64,000 nt of DNA from a bacterium (GCA_963663405.2 CAXXSM010000132.1:32001-96000); one strand, 5' to 3'. Shown: positions 30,830 through 41,661, numbered from the stretch's first letter. Made by a program: numbers and translations. Notes: generated by a model not told the origin, from the letters alone.

Positions 30830-32035
30830 ATGAGTTCTGTAAAAAAAGTCGTTCTCGCGTATTCGGGGGGATTGGACACATCGGTGATTATCCCCTGGTT
30901 GATCGAAAATTATGATTGTGAAGTCATCGCGTTCGCCGCCGATATCGGGCAAGGCGAAGAATTGGAACCGGTCCGGAAGAAGGCGATCGATTCCGGCGCG
31001 TCGAAAATCTATGTTGAAGATTTGCGCGAAGAGTTCCTGCGCGATTTCTGTTTCCCCATGCTTCAGGCCGGCGCCATTTACGAACGCCGCTATCTGTTGG
31101 GCACCTCCATCGCCCGGCCATTGATCGCCAAAGCGCAGGTGGCCATCGCCGAAAAAGAGAACGCGGACGCGGTCTCGCACGGCGCGACAGGCAAGGGCAA
31201 CGATCAAGTCCGGTTTGAGTTGACCTATCAATCTCTCGGCCCGAATTTAAAGGTGATCGCCCCTTGGCGGGAATGGGATATCCGTTCGCGCGAAGACGCG
31301 GTCGCGTACGCGAAAAAGCACAATATCCCCGTCCCCGTCACAGTCGAGAAACCCTACTCGATGGACCGCAACATGTGGCATTTATCCTTCGAGGGTGGTA
31401 TTCTCGAAAATCCGTGGAACGAGCCTCCAAAAGATATGTTCATCCTGACCAAAAATCCGGAAGACGCGCCGGATGAGCCGGTCTACGTCGAGATCGAATT
31501 CGAAAAAGGTATCCCCACCGCGCTCGATGGAGAGAAACTGCCTCCAGTCGATCTGGTCGTCCGGCTAAACAAACTCGCGGGTGAACACGGCGTGGGCCGG
31601 GTGGATCTGGTCGAGAACCGCCTGGTGGGCATGAAATCACGCGGCGTGTATGAAACCCCTGGCGGGACCGTCTTGTTCAACGCCCACCGCGAACTGCTCT
31701 CTCTCGTCTGCGACCGCGACACGCTCCATTACCGCAATCTCGCCGCCGAACGGTACGCCGAATTGGTATACAACGGGCAGTGGTTCTCCCCGCTCCGCCG
31801 TTCGTTGGACGCCTTCTTCCAAGAATCGGAACAATACGTCACCGGAACCGTCCGCATGAAATTATACAAAGGCAACTGCACAGTAGCGGGCCGCAAATCC
31901 GCGCAATCTCTCTACAGCGTAGATTACGCCACCTTCGAAGAAGACAAAGTCTACGACCAGAAAGACGCCGAAGGCTTCATCCGCCTCTTCGGCCTCCCCA
32001 CAAAAATCGAAAGCATGGTTCGAAAGAACGGGTAG
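30830..32035 (+). CDS. argG: Argininosuccinate synthase
   Basis: [41 protein letters not shown]. Confidence 0.98.
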   Translation: MSSVKKVVLAYSGGLDTSVIIPWLIENYDCEVIAFAADIGQGEELEPVRKKAIDSGASKIYVEDLREEFLRDFCFPMLQAGAIYERRYLLGTSIARPLIAKAQVAIAEKENADAVSHGATGKGNDQVRFELTYQSLGPNLKVIAPWREWDIRSREDAVAYAKKHNIPVPVTVEKPYSMDRNMWHLSFEGGILENPWNEPPKDMFILTKNPEDAPDEPVYVEIEFEKGIPTALDGEKLPPVDLVVRLNKLAGEHGVGRVDLVENRLVGMKSRGVYETPGGTVLFNAHRELLSLVCDRDTLHYRNLAAERYAELVYNGQWFSPLRRSLDAFFQESEQYVTGTVRMKLYKGNCTVAGRKSAQSLYSVDYATFEEDKVYDQKDAEGFIRLFGLPTKIESMVRKNG

Positions 32036-32805
32036 CCGCAGTTCTTCTTTCCACAAATTGAGCAAAAATTCCTCAAAATGTTTTGCTGGCTGCATTGATT
32101 GAGCCAATTACTTTCCGATCTGAATATCAAATGCTCCCTATGATTTATTAAATTTATAGTTTGTATAAGTATTTTCTATGGCGAAATGATTGCGCGTTAA
32201 CCGCTTGATTGCATTTAGTTTATGACCATATTTGCGTCACTGCGCCTTAACAGATTGTCGAATATTTTTTTTGTCTCACTAAACTTTGGGATATAAACTC
32301 ATGTCTATTAAGTAAATCTATTGCCCGATGATATGAGTTCGGCATATTCTAATTAAATAATAAAGAAAAAAGGTAAAAAAAACATCAATATATCAACTCA
32401 TGAGTTGTTTGATAGAAGAATCCGTCTTCGAAGAGACTTAAGGTAAACATTTAACGCAAAAAATTTATTGCTCAGTGATCGGATCATCTTTTAAGCCATA
32501 ACTAGCTGATTTTAACTGATTTATTACGATGTTATTCGTTCTATTTATTAATAAATAGTTGAAAATTTCTATAAAAATATCAAAAAAAATACTCGAACAA
32601 GATATCGTATTGATATATATTCCTATTTAACGGCGTTATTTATAGTTTTTTTGTTAGCGACACAAAAAATGAAAGGGTGATATTGATATTGAAAAGAGCT
32701 AATACATCATGTTTAAGGATAAGAGAATCTTATTGAGTGAATAATTGTTTAAGCGAATTTTTTATTTATCCATAGATAGACACAAGTTCAAGAGGCGTAT
32801 CTATT

Positions 32806-33630
32806 ATGTTCAAAAGAAAAACGATATATATCACACATTTCTCTATATGTTTCCTTTTCCTCGCTGGAATTCCATGTGCTATTCACTCGAATGAAACGAT
32901 TCTTAAAGATGGTATAACTGAATCCGAATTTATTGCGTTTGTCACAAACCATTTGTCTCCATTCAAGTCGGCGAAGATCACCTATGAAGGTGTTCATTAC
33001 ATTCCCCCATCGTCATCCAAGGAAGGAAAGAGCACTAACGGCACCTATGTCTATAGAAGATGCGGAGAAAAACAACGAAAAGATATTCACTGGTTGGGGG
33101 AAACTCCTGACAATCATTATTATGTTTATGATGGTTCTACAGGTTATTTTGTTCACCTAGATCCAGGGGATCCCACGATTCGATCCGGTCCTGGTTTTAC
33201 AAAAATGTGGATGACGCCGGATTTTTTATCGTTCTATGGATCGAATTTGGATCATTTCATAACAAAATCTTTCCAAATATTGAAGATCGATCCGGAACAA
33301 AAAAAGATACGAGTTTTCTCCGATCAATATATGAGACCAGATCAATATTATGAGTTTACACTGCTTGATGACCACCATGCGTATTGGAAACAATGTGATG
33401 TTGTCTATGGTGATTTCGTTGATCGGCGCGTAATTTGTGATGATTTCACAGAAATTAGTGGAATGTTGGTACCAAAGACAATACATATTCAGAGAATAGG
33501 GAAAGATGGGTTGTACGATCAATATCAACTTAAACTCATTGAAGGCCAAGTGAATAATGTCGAATTTGAAGATGGCGCATTTGAGTCGCCAAAAGATGAA
33601 CATTTCTCACATAGATTTATTAATCGGTGA
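32806..33630 (+). CDS. Hypothetical exported protein (possible LolA-like beta fold), AT-rich
   Basis: 274-aa ORF with signal peptide; C-terminal GMLVPKTIHI...NNVEFEDGAF pattern. Confidence 0.6.
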   Translation: MFKRKTIYITHFSICFLFLAGIPCAIHSNETILKDGITESEFIAFVTNHLSPFKSAKITYEGVHYIPPSSSKEGKSTNGTYVYRRCGEKQRKDIHWLGETPDNHYYVYDGSTGYFVHLDPGDPTIRSGPGFTKMWMTPDFLSFYGSNLDHFITKSFQILKIDPEQKKIRVFSDQYMRPDQYYEFTLLDDHHAYWKQCDVVYGDFVDRRVICDDFTEISGMLVPKTIHIQRIGKDGLYDQYQLKLIEGQVNNVEFEDGAFESPKDEHFSHRFINR

Positions 33631-33741
33631 TGTTATGAATAAGTATTAGAAATCCCCATGTATTTTCGATAATCCCCCCCCAAAAAAAAATACCCGCAAA
33701 GCGAACCACCTTTCCATTTTTTGAATATGGCGCCAAGATGT

Positions 33742-33770
33742 ATCCCCATCTCATTGGGGATTTTTCATTT
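33742..33770 (+). terminator. Probable intrinsic terminator
   Basis: atcccca-tctcat-tggggat followed by a T run. Confidence 0.55.
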
Positions 33771-33799
33771 TAGATTCATTCCAAAAAAGCAGAGGAACA

Positions 33800-35945
33800 A
33801 TGAATAAATTACTTCTATTAACAACCGGTCTCATCATTTGTCTCATCCCCCCATCCAAGCGAACGAATCGGAAAACACCTGCTTCCAAACCGGTCGTGGG
33901 TGGATTCCTGCGTTGGATTTACGGTCGGATGTGGCGATTGTGTATGGAGTCAACGCGTCGTTTCCGGAGCGGTTGGAAAGTTGGCGGTCGCGGGGGTATG
34001 GCGTGCATTTGATGACCGGCGTGGCGTGGGGCGGGTATCAGGATTATCTCGACGGCCGGTTCGATGGTTCCAAACATTGGGATGAAGGGCAGGTCGACCG
34101 GCAGGGGGATATGATCATGCACGGCGGCGGCGTTCCCTACATGGTTCCATCGCCCAGCTATGTTGAATATCTCAAGAGCCTGGTCAAAACCGCCATCGAT
34201 GAGGGCGTCACCGCATCCACTTGGAAGAACCGGAATTCTGGAACCGGGGCGGATACAGTGAAGGCTTCAAACGGGAATGGAAAGAGTATTATGACGAATC
34301 CTGGCAGGCGCAGCACGAATCCCCCGAAGCGGCCTACCGCTCCGCCAAGTTAAAATATCACCTCTATTTCCGCGCCTTGGAACAGGTCTTTCTCTTCGCC
34401 AAAGAATACAGCGAGAAAAAGGGGCGGCGCGTCCGGTGTTACGTTCCCACCCACACGCTGATTAATTACTCCGCCTGGGAGATCGTGAGTCCGGAATCGA
34501 GCCTCGCGGACCTGGCCGGCATGGATGGGTACATCGGCCAAGTCTGGACCGGCACAGCGCGCACGCCCGTGATCTACGAAGGAATCGAAAAAGAACGCAC
34601 ATTCGAAAACGCTTTCCTTGAATACGGCTCCATGGTGGCCATGACAAAACCCGCCGGACGCCGCGTCTACTTCCTCACCGATCCCATCGAAGATAACCCG
34701 AATCACACCTGGGAGGACTACAAAAACAATTACGAAGCGACGTTCACCGCGCAGCTGATGTATCCCTCCGTATCCCATTATGAGGTAATGCCCTGGCCCA
34801 GCCGGATCTTTCTTGGAAAATATAGGGTGGAAGGTTCCGATAAACGCGAGCCCATCCCCACAAAATACGCCACGGAAATCCTAACGCTCATCAATGCGTT
34901 GAACGAAATGCGATCCTCAAACAATCAAATCCCCGGTACCCAAGGCGTCGGCGTTCTTCTCTCCGACACCATGATGTTCCAGCGCTTCCCCACATTCGGC
35001 GAAGAATATACAGACCGGCGTCACTCCAATTTCTACGGCTTGGCGCTCCCGCTTCTCAAACACGGCGTTCCTGTTCAGCTCGTTCAAATGGAGAACCTTC
35101 TTCACCCCGAAACGTTGCGGGATATTCGGGTTCTGCTGATGAGTTACGCCCACATGAAACCAATGAAGCCGGAGTATCACAAAGTCCTGGCGGATTGGGT
35201 GAAGAACGGCGGCGCGCTGGTTTACGTGGGACGCGACAACGATCCTTATCAAACGATCCGTGAATGGTGGAATCAAGGAAAGAACCACTACAAAGCCCCA
35301 TCAGAACATCTATTCGAACAACTGGGCGCAGAACCAAAATCAAAAACGCTGACGATAAAAGAAGGGAAGGGAATCCTTTCCATCCTGCGCAAAAATCCCA
35401 AAGAGATCGCCACGGCCAAAGGCGGAGGCGATGAACTGCGGGCATTAATCAAAACCTGTCTATGTGAAATAGGATATGAAAACGAGTGGAAGAAACAGAA
35501 CGTTCTCCACCTCCAACGTGGGCCATACGATATCGCGGCAGTATTGGAAGAAAGCGTATCAGATACGCCCTACACAATCCCTGGCCCGGTCATCGATCTA
35601 TACAATCCAGACCTGCTAGTATTGGACAAAAAAGTGATCGAACCGGGCGAACGGGCGTTTCTGCTTTCGCTATCGCGCTTCACAAAAGAATCGCCCTGCA
35701 TCCTCGCGGCGGCGTCCCGCGTGAGTGATAGGAAAAAAGAAGGAGCCACATATACCTTCACGCTCAAAGGCCCTGCAAACACGCAGGGCATCGCGCGAAT
35801 TCTCCTCAAATCGAAGCCGGAAAAATTGACGATTCAATCAAGCGCCGAAACGCCTATGGAGCCAGAGTGGGATGAAACAACAAAAACCATGCTAATCCGC
35901 TATCCAAACTCACCGGATGGTGTTCAGGTGATTGTTGAGGATTAG
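33800..35945 (+). CDS. Exported glycoside-hydrolase-like protein (TIM barrel + GATase-like domain), two frameshifts (~33850, ~34217)
   Basis: Signal peptide in ORF 33800, FQTGRGW...RSDVAIVYG in ORF 33838, HLEEPEFW...DWVKNGGALVYVG in ORF 34221. The three overlapping frames read as one protein. Confidence 0.65.
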
Positions 35946-38602
35946 TGGGATTCTGTGGTATAAACATCGTATGTAACGCGGATCACTTCTTCCACAGACG
36001 TCGCGCCGGAAAGCGCTTTCATAATTCCTTCTTCGCGCAGTGTTTTCTGATCCGAATTCTGGATGGCTTTGTGAATTGTCGAAAGCCCGGCGCCTTCGAC
36101 AATCAAATCCCGGATATTCTCTTTGATAATCAGCAATTCATAAAATCCAGTGCGGCCCAGGTAACCGGTGTTGAAACATTCCTTGCACCCCCGTGGCCGG
36201 AAGATCGGCTGTCCTTCTAACAGAAGGGCTTCCTCACCCAATTGTTGCAGTTCATTGGATGTCGGGGAACTCTGTTTTTTACAGTGAGGACAGAGTTTTC
36301 GCACGAGCCGCGAAGAAACGATTCCCAATAGCGCCGCGCCGATCGTTTCCCGGTTGAATCCAGTGTCGTACAGCCGGTGAATCGCCCCAATCGCATCGGC
36401 GGCGTCGAGTCCGGCGAGGAACGTATAATGAGACGCGGAGGCGTCAAAAATCAGCGACGCGGTATCCAAATCCTTCAGTTCCCCAGCCATTACAATGTCC
36501 GGCTCATGCTGCATGACGGAATTGACGACGCTCGCATACGGCAGTCCGCCGGACGCGCGGAATGAATTCTGGTTGATATTCTTTAATTCATATTCAATCG
36601 GCGCTTCGATGGTAGCGATTTTCCGCGTGCCGTTATTCAGGAAATTCAAGCACGCGTATTGCAGCGTAGTTCTCCCGCTCCCCCGCGGCCCCGCGGTCAA
36701 GATCAGTCCATTCGGCGCTCGCAGCAGTGTTTGCAGCGGATCCAGCAATTCTTCGCGTATACCCAAACGGTCCAAAGTGATCGACGCCATTTTCTCATCG
36801 ATCAGCCGCATTGCTAACGATTCCCTTTTATCACCGGGAAGAATAGACGCTCGTACGTTGATTTGTTCTCCTAACAAGAGGCGGCTGAAAAAACCATCTT
36901 GGGTGAATTCGGCTTCGGTAGGATTCATTTTACATAACTGTTTCACGGCGTTGATGAGAGGTTTCAACATGCCTTGATGAAATGTGATTGATTCCGTTTG
37001 GACACCGTCGATTTGGTATTGAATGGAAGCGCTGTTTTCCTGCGCCGTGATCTCAATTTCATTCGCGCGGATTCGAATCCCTTGAATTAGGATGTAATTG
37101 AGCAGGTCGATAAGTTGATGTTGATGGCTCTCATCAAGATACGCCCCCGCAAATTCCTTCGACTTAGCCATAGACTCAGACCGGGATTCGATGAGACCGG
37201 GCAGTGTATAGGGCGTCTTCACAGGCGCTTTACAAAACGGGCATTCCTCAAAATTTAAATTCTCAAAAAAAGCGGGATCATCGATTGACCGTCCGCAGGA
37301 CGAACAGACCAGTTTGGATTCCTGTGTTCTCCACCGTCCGATGTAATAAAAAATCAGCCCGAAGATTCCGGAGTAACTGACGATTTTTTTCCAATCGCTG
37401 TAAACGACCTGCCGATTCGGTAAATCACGCACGACGATCTTCAAAGGCAGATACCAGAGCAGAAGAACAGCCAATACGACTCCGAGAATAATCCATACCC
37501 AGATGATATCAAACGAACTCGTATCGACCTTTCCTGAAAATAGATTGCTGAAAAATCGCTGGGTTCCGCCCCATGCGCCACGAAACCAATTGGTGACTTT
37601 ATCGGTTGTCGAGGGAACCGGCGTCGGCGCCGGAGCGGGGATATATCGTGTCTTGGGTTGTTCTTTGACGGAAGGAATCAGCGCGGATTGCGCCTGCGCC
37701 AGCGCGATTCGCAAGCGTTTCTTCTCGTTGGCCGTTAAAACGGTTTCATCGATATCTTTCAAATAAAGCACGGCGTCGCTGTAATTTTTTTCATACAATT
37801 CGATCAAACCGAGGTGATACATCGCGCGGGAATTGTTGGGAGAAAGTTCGATGGCTTTAATAAAAAGCTGCTTCGCTTCCGGCGATTGTCTATCCCGGCT
37901 TCGCAGGAGGACGAGTTCTCCCCATTCGATATACAGGTTGGTCACTTTTTCCGGCAGATCTCTAGCAAGCAAGTGATTTGGATAATGGGTGAGGATCACT
38001 TCGTAATGCTCGATCGCCTTTTCATAATCGTTCCGGTTCCGCTGGCGCTGCCCTTCTTCGATATGTTTTTGAACGACCGTTTTCTCCAGTTTCAGTTTCG
38101 CGCCTTGCAAGCGGGATAAAATATCCGCGTCGGATATCAATCGTTTCACTTCTTCGATTTGTTGAATGTCATCCAATCCTTGGACCAGCGGATCGTGTTG
38201 ATCCAAGGCGGCGATATATTTTTGAATGACCGATTTCTGCTGGATTATAACGGAATTCTTTTCCGCGGACGTATTCGCAAGTTTAAGCGCTTCGGCATAG
38301 TAGCGCACAGCGGCGATGTAATTTTCCCGCACATCCTCCACATGAGCGCGCGCCAGAAGGTTCATAAACGGAGTTCCCTTTTCCACACGCTCAATAGCGT
38401 CTTCCGGGAACGAAAAAACGCCGCCCGCCGTTTCGATCACAACGTTTCCATTCGTAGATTCGCGCAGAATCCCTTCAATTTTCTTGCCGGTCTTCAGGTG
38501 AATGATGTCCGCATAGAGACTGAAACAAGTCAAAAAAGCAAAGAAAAAAGCCGTGAAAAAGAAAATTCTGTGTCTTGGGAAAATTGGAGTAATTGTTTTC
38601 AT
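35942..38602 (-). CDS. Signal peptide + TPR + TM + zinc ribbon + GspE/PilB-type ATPase fusion (degenerate motifs)
   Basis: GPRGSGRTT, TIEAPIEY, PDIVMAGELKD, RLVRKLCPHC...GCKECFNTGYLGRTG; TPR and TM segments N-terminal. Confidence 0.88.
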   Translation of the reverse strand: MKTITPIFPRHRIFFFTAFFFAFLTCFSLYADIIHLKTGKKIEGILRESTNGNVVIETAGGVFSFPEDAIERVEKGTPFMNLLARAHVEDVRENYIAAVRYYAEALKLANTSAEKNSVIIQQKSVIQKYIAALDQHDPLVQGLDDIQQIEEVKRLISDADILSRLQGAKLKLEKTVVQKHIEEGQRQRNRNDYEKAIEHYEVILTHYPNHLLARDLPEKVTNLYIEWGELVLLRSRDRQSPEAKQLFIKAIELSPNNSRAMYHLGLIELYEKNYSDAVLYLKDIDETVLTANEKKRLRIALAQAQSALIPSVKEQPKTRYIPAPAPTPVPSTTDKVTNWFRGAWGGTQRFFSNLFSGKVDTSSFDIIWVWIILGVVLAVLLLWYLPLKIVVRDLPNRQVVYSDWKKIVSYSGIFGLIFYYIGRWRTQESKLVCSSCGRSIDDPAFFENLNFEECPFCKAPVKTPYTLPGLIESRSESMAKSKEFAGAYLDESHQHQLIDLLNYILIQGIRIRANEIEITAQENSASIQYQIDGVQTESITFHQGMLKPLINAVKQLCKMNPTEAEFTQDGFFSRLLLGEQINVRASILPGDKRESLAMRLIDEKMASITLDRLGIREELLDPLQTLLRAPNGLILTAGPRGSGRTTLQYACLNFLNNGTRKIATIEAPIEYELKNINQNSFRASGGLPYASVVNSVMQHEPDIVMAGELKDLDTASLIFDASASHYTFLAGLDAADAIGAIHRLYDTGFNRETIGAALLGIVSSRLVRKLCPHCKKQSSPTSNELQQLGEEALLLEGQPIFRPRGCKECFNTGYLGRTGFYELLIIKENIRDLIVEGAGLSTIHKAIQNSDQKTLREEGIMKALSGATSVEEVIRVTYDVYTTESH

Positions 38603-38957
38603 CGCAATCCGCATGGTTTGTTTTTGTGGAAAGGTAATGTTCCGGCCGATCTCACCCATTCTTCGTTCCGCATAAAATAAAACTACGCGGCACGATTTAG
38701 AAAAGAAAAATTGCTCCGGTATACATATACTTTACAAACATCGATCCAAATATGTAAGGCGGAACCACATCGCGCCGTTTTCTTGAACGTACAATATCAC
38801 CGCTTTCCCGAATCGTCTATAAAAGACTGATATCAGAACAAGAGATTACAAAATGATACAAGTCAAGAGATATTTTGGGTTCATCTGAGTGAATACATTA
38901 CTGTCAAAGATCGTTTCTTTCTGACAGAAGATACAGAATCATAATGAATACCCAGCC

Positions 38958-39105
38958 TTGAAAGGCTCTTACCTTGAGCGGTTTATCACTTGTTCCCATT
39001 CCACTTGTTCGTGCCATCAAGGCCAACGGCATGGGCCGCGAATCTATGTGGTCATCATCCGGAACCAGGCCCAACGGCAGGTGTATGTGCCCCAAACGCA
39101 ACCAC
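38958..39105 (+). pseudogene. DUF6788-like IS-associated small ORF fragment
   Basis: KGSYLERFITCSHSTCSCHQGQRHGP...RQVYVP (CxxxxCxC...HGP), truncated and joined to the transposase fragment. Confidence 0.65.
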
Positions 39106-39530
39106 CGCTATTTCCAAATCCCGCATCCGATCCAACTCCACCTAGTCGTTATACGGGAGACCGATCTTCCCCTCGGAGTGGAACCTCTTCTTTGGGCGCT
39201 TTTTACCAGCTTGCCGGTTGCTACCTGGGAACTGTTGCGCTAAATCGGGCGCCTGTATGAATTCCGCTGGAAGATTGAAGACTTCTTCAAATTGTTGAAG
39301 TCCGGGTATGGGATCGAAAAACATCGCTTTTGTAATGCCACGAAAACAGTGAAATTGCTCGTGCTGCTAACCATGGCGGCGATGACGCTTTTCCATCTGA
39401 AGGAGGCGCTTGGATTGCCGTCTAGAGGCTAACTCGTTAAACGGGGATACCAAAAACTTAAACAAACTTCGCGTGACCTTCATAATCCCGATTTCGATCT
39501 CCGTTGGCGATTACTTGCTTACTTACCGGA
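39106..39530 (+). mobile_element. IS4-family (IS50-like) transposase remnant
   Basis: Manual translation: VVIRETDLPLGVEPLLWALFTSLPVATWELLR*IGRLYEFRWKIEDFFKLLKSGYGIE, the YREK motif with an in-frame TAA at 39241-39243; N-terminal part missing. Confidence 0.82.
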
Positions 39531-39570
39531 TAAGCCAATTTTATATTTCGATGGATTGCCGTTTCGGTAT

Positions 39571-39602
39571 AAAAAAAGGAGTGAAATAAATCCACTCCTT
39601 TT
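39571..39602 (-). terminator. Intrinsic terminator after the pilin genes (possibly bidirectional)
   Basis: aaaaggagtg-N9-cactcctttt with an A7 run on the left. Confidence 0.7.
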
Positions 39603-39630
39603 ACGAGTTGCATTTGTTTGAAAATTCAAC

Positions 39631-40197
39631 TTACGCAGTACCGACGCGAACGATATCTCCATAACTCTTCAGCCCATTGGTGGGCTCATAGATATCAAAC
39701 AACGAACTTGGGGCGTGGATTCCATCGGGGCCGAAACTCCAGATGTAATACACGTTACCCGCATGACAATCGCCTTCATTATATCGCAACCGGCCTTGCT
39801 TCGCCTGCGAATAAAGCGAAGGATCTTGAATCAGACGTTCGGGAGCTACGGCAGGGAACCAGTCTGCGTGATACTCACCAAAACTCCATTCTATCGTTCC
39901 CAATCCCACCGTATTGGCTTGTTGGAAGGGATCTTTTGGAATGGAACCGACATACGAGATGGGAGTGGTCAAATATTTATTCTGGTTGGCTGAATGACCG
40001 CAATGCGGTGGCGGACCACCGTTGTCAAGGTTATACATGGAATATGCGTTCTCAAACGCCCGCATCTCCGCTTCGCATTTCGCGATCTTGGCCCGCATTT
40101 GGGCATTCAGAAAATTCGGTACGGCGATCGCCGCCAAAATCCCGATAATGGCGACGACGATCAACAATTCGATGAGTGTAAATCCTTTCTTCTTCAT
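39631..40197 (-). CDS. Type IV pilin/pseudopilin-like protein
   Basis: MKKKG|FTLIELLIVVAIIGILAAIAVPNF prepilin motif; GGAGG RBS. Confidence 0.93.
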   Translation of the reverse strand: MKKKGFTLIELLIVVAIIGILAAIAVPNFLNAQMRAKIAKCEAEMRAFENAYSMYNLDNGGPPPHCGHSANQNKYLTTPISYVGSIPKDPFQQANTVGLGTIEWSFGEYHADWFPAVAPERLIQDPSLYSQAKQGRLRYNEGDCHAGNVYYIWSFGPDGIHAPSSLFDIYEPTNGLKSYGDIVRVGTA

Positions 40198-40357
40198 TCG
40201 ATGCAACCTCCCCAAAAAAATAATATATTCTTCAAAATCACCTTAAAATAGGTAAATTGAATCCATCATTTCAGCTGTCGACACGAGCGATGTCAACAAA
40301 AATGAATCGTATAGCAATTTATCCCTTCATTTAAGAAGAACAGTTCAAAACAATCGA

Positions 40358-40975
40358 TTACTGCCCGCCAAGAATCTGGCTGTTCAATACAAAAATATTC
40401 CCACTAGACGTCAAGCCATTGGATGGCATATAAATAAAGCCGGCGTTTCGATCTTTCAATCCCTGCGCGCCGGTGGTTCCCCACGGATAATCCTGCAAAC
40501 CATTCGGACCGAGAGATGTCATGATGTAGGCGATATTGTATTGATTGAGCATATTAAACGTCGCCGTGGTGTTGATGCACGATGGCGTTCCCTTTGGGCC
40601 GAATGAAACCGCGGACGTATATTCATATACGGGTTTTAAGCCGGTTTTGATCGTCTGGCGGTTCTCAAATTCAGGATTGATCCCGGCAAACGCGTCTTCT
40701 GGAATTGATGCGATGTAGGAGACCGGTGTCGTCAAAGGAAGGTAGGATAAATGTTCCGCCTGTCCCACTCCACAATCACCATCGTAGGTATACTGTCCCC
40801 GGTCCAAGTGATATTGCTCTTCCGCCATGGCGACGGCTTTCATATCCGAGACGACCCGCGCAACCTTGGCCCGCATTTGGGCGTTCAAAAAATTCGGCAC
40901 CGCGATCGCAGCGAGGATGCCAATAATGGCGACAACAATGAGTAATTCAATCAAAGTAAACGCGTTTCTTTTCAT
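40358..40975 (-). CDS. Type IV pilin/pseudopilin-like protein
   Basis: MKRNA|FTLIELLIVVAIIGILAAIAVPNF; GGAG RBS. Confidence 0.93.
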   Translation of the reverse strand: MKRNAFTLIELLIVVAIIGILAAIAVPNFLNAQMRAKVARVVSDMKAVAMAEEQYHLDRGQYTYDGDCGVGQAEHLSYLPLTTPVSYIASIPEDAFAGINPEFENRQTIKTGLKPVYEYTSAVSFGPKGTPSCINTTATFNMLNQYNIAYIMTSLGPNGLQDYPWGTTGAQGLKDRNAGFIYMPSNGLTSSGNIFVLNSQILGGQ

Positions 40976-41122
40976 TTACGTCTAATCTCCCTTATAAAAT
41001 TAAAGACATTATTCTATCAAATAAAAAATTATAGGATGGAAATAAAAGAAAATCTATACCTATCGTTAATCCGAATCAATTAAAATAGGGATGTTTTATC
41101 TCATTTTTGGCAGGGCTGGTTT

Positions 41123-41488
41123 TTAGTCAGTTTTTTTCCTTGATTTTTTAGCCGTTTTCAGTTTCGCGGCTGAAGGGGGAACCGATGTCAGGATATCGGG
41201 ACCGGTCGGGGTTGTTTCCGGCTCATGCTCGATCAACAGTTCCACGCTGTCCTCCGGGCGTGGAATCACGTGCGCGGAAATGACTTCACCCACGCGCCGG
41301 GCCGCGGAAGCGCCCGCTTCGACCGCCGCTTGAATATCCGCCACTTCCCCCCGCAACTTGACCGTGCAGAGCCCCGGTTCGGTATATTCAATTTGCGTCA
41401 ACACCGCTTCGGCGGTTTTCACCGCCGCGTCCGAGGCTTCAATCGCGCCGATCAATCCTTGTGTTTCGATCAGTCCTAATGCCTTCAT
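41123..41488 (-). CDS. Bacterial microcompartment shell protein (BMC-H) with Pro/Lys-rich tail
   Basis: MKALGLIETQGLIGAIEASDAAVKTA...GEVADIQAAVEAG...AHVIPRP. Confidence 0.93.
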   Translation of the reverse strand: MKALGLIETQGLIGAIEASDAAVKTAEAVLTQIEYTEPGLCTVKLRGEVADIQAAVEAGASAARRVGEVISAHVIPRPEDSVELLIEHEPETTPTGPDILTSVPPSAAKLKTAKKSRKKTD

Positions 41489-41661
41489 CTCTCTCCGCGA
41501 ATCCCTTTCCATTCAATCTCGCTCTTTCCATCATACGTCCGAATTTGAAAAAAGAGAAGTCACAAGTCACCCAGATCCGCAAAAGCCCATCCAGCAGGCG
41601 CCTTTGTGAAGTTCACCTCCTGTCCTCTCCTCTCGAATTTCATCTTTTCTCACAATCCCTC

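Noticed and set aside
32430-32490. GGTAAAC...ACGCAAA resembling a c-di-GMP-I riboswitch
   Set aside because: The GAAA-capped stem between the motifs and the downstream stem are missing.
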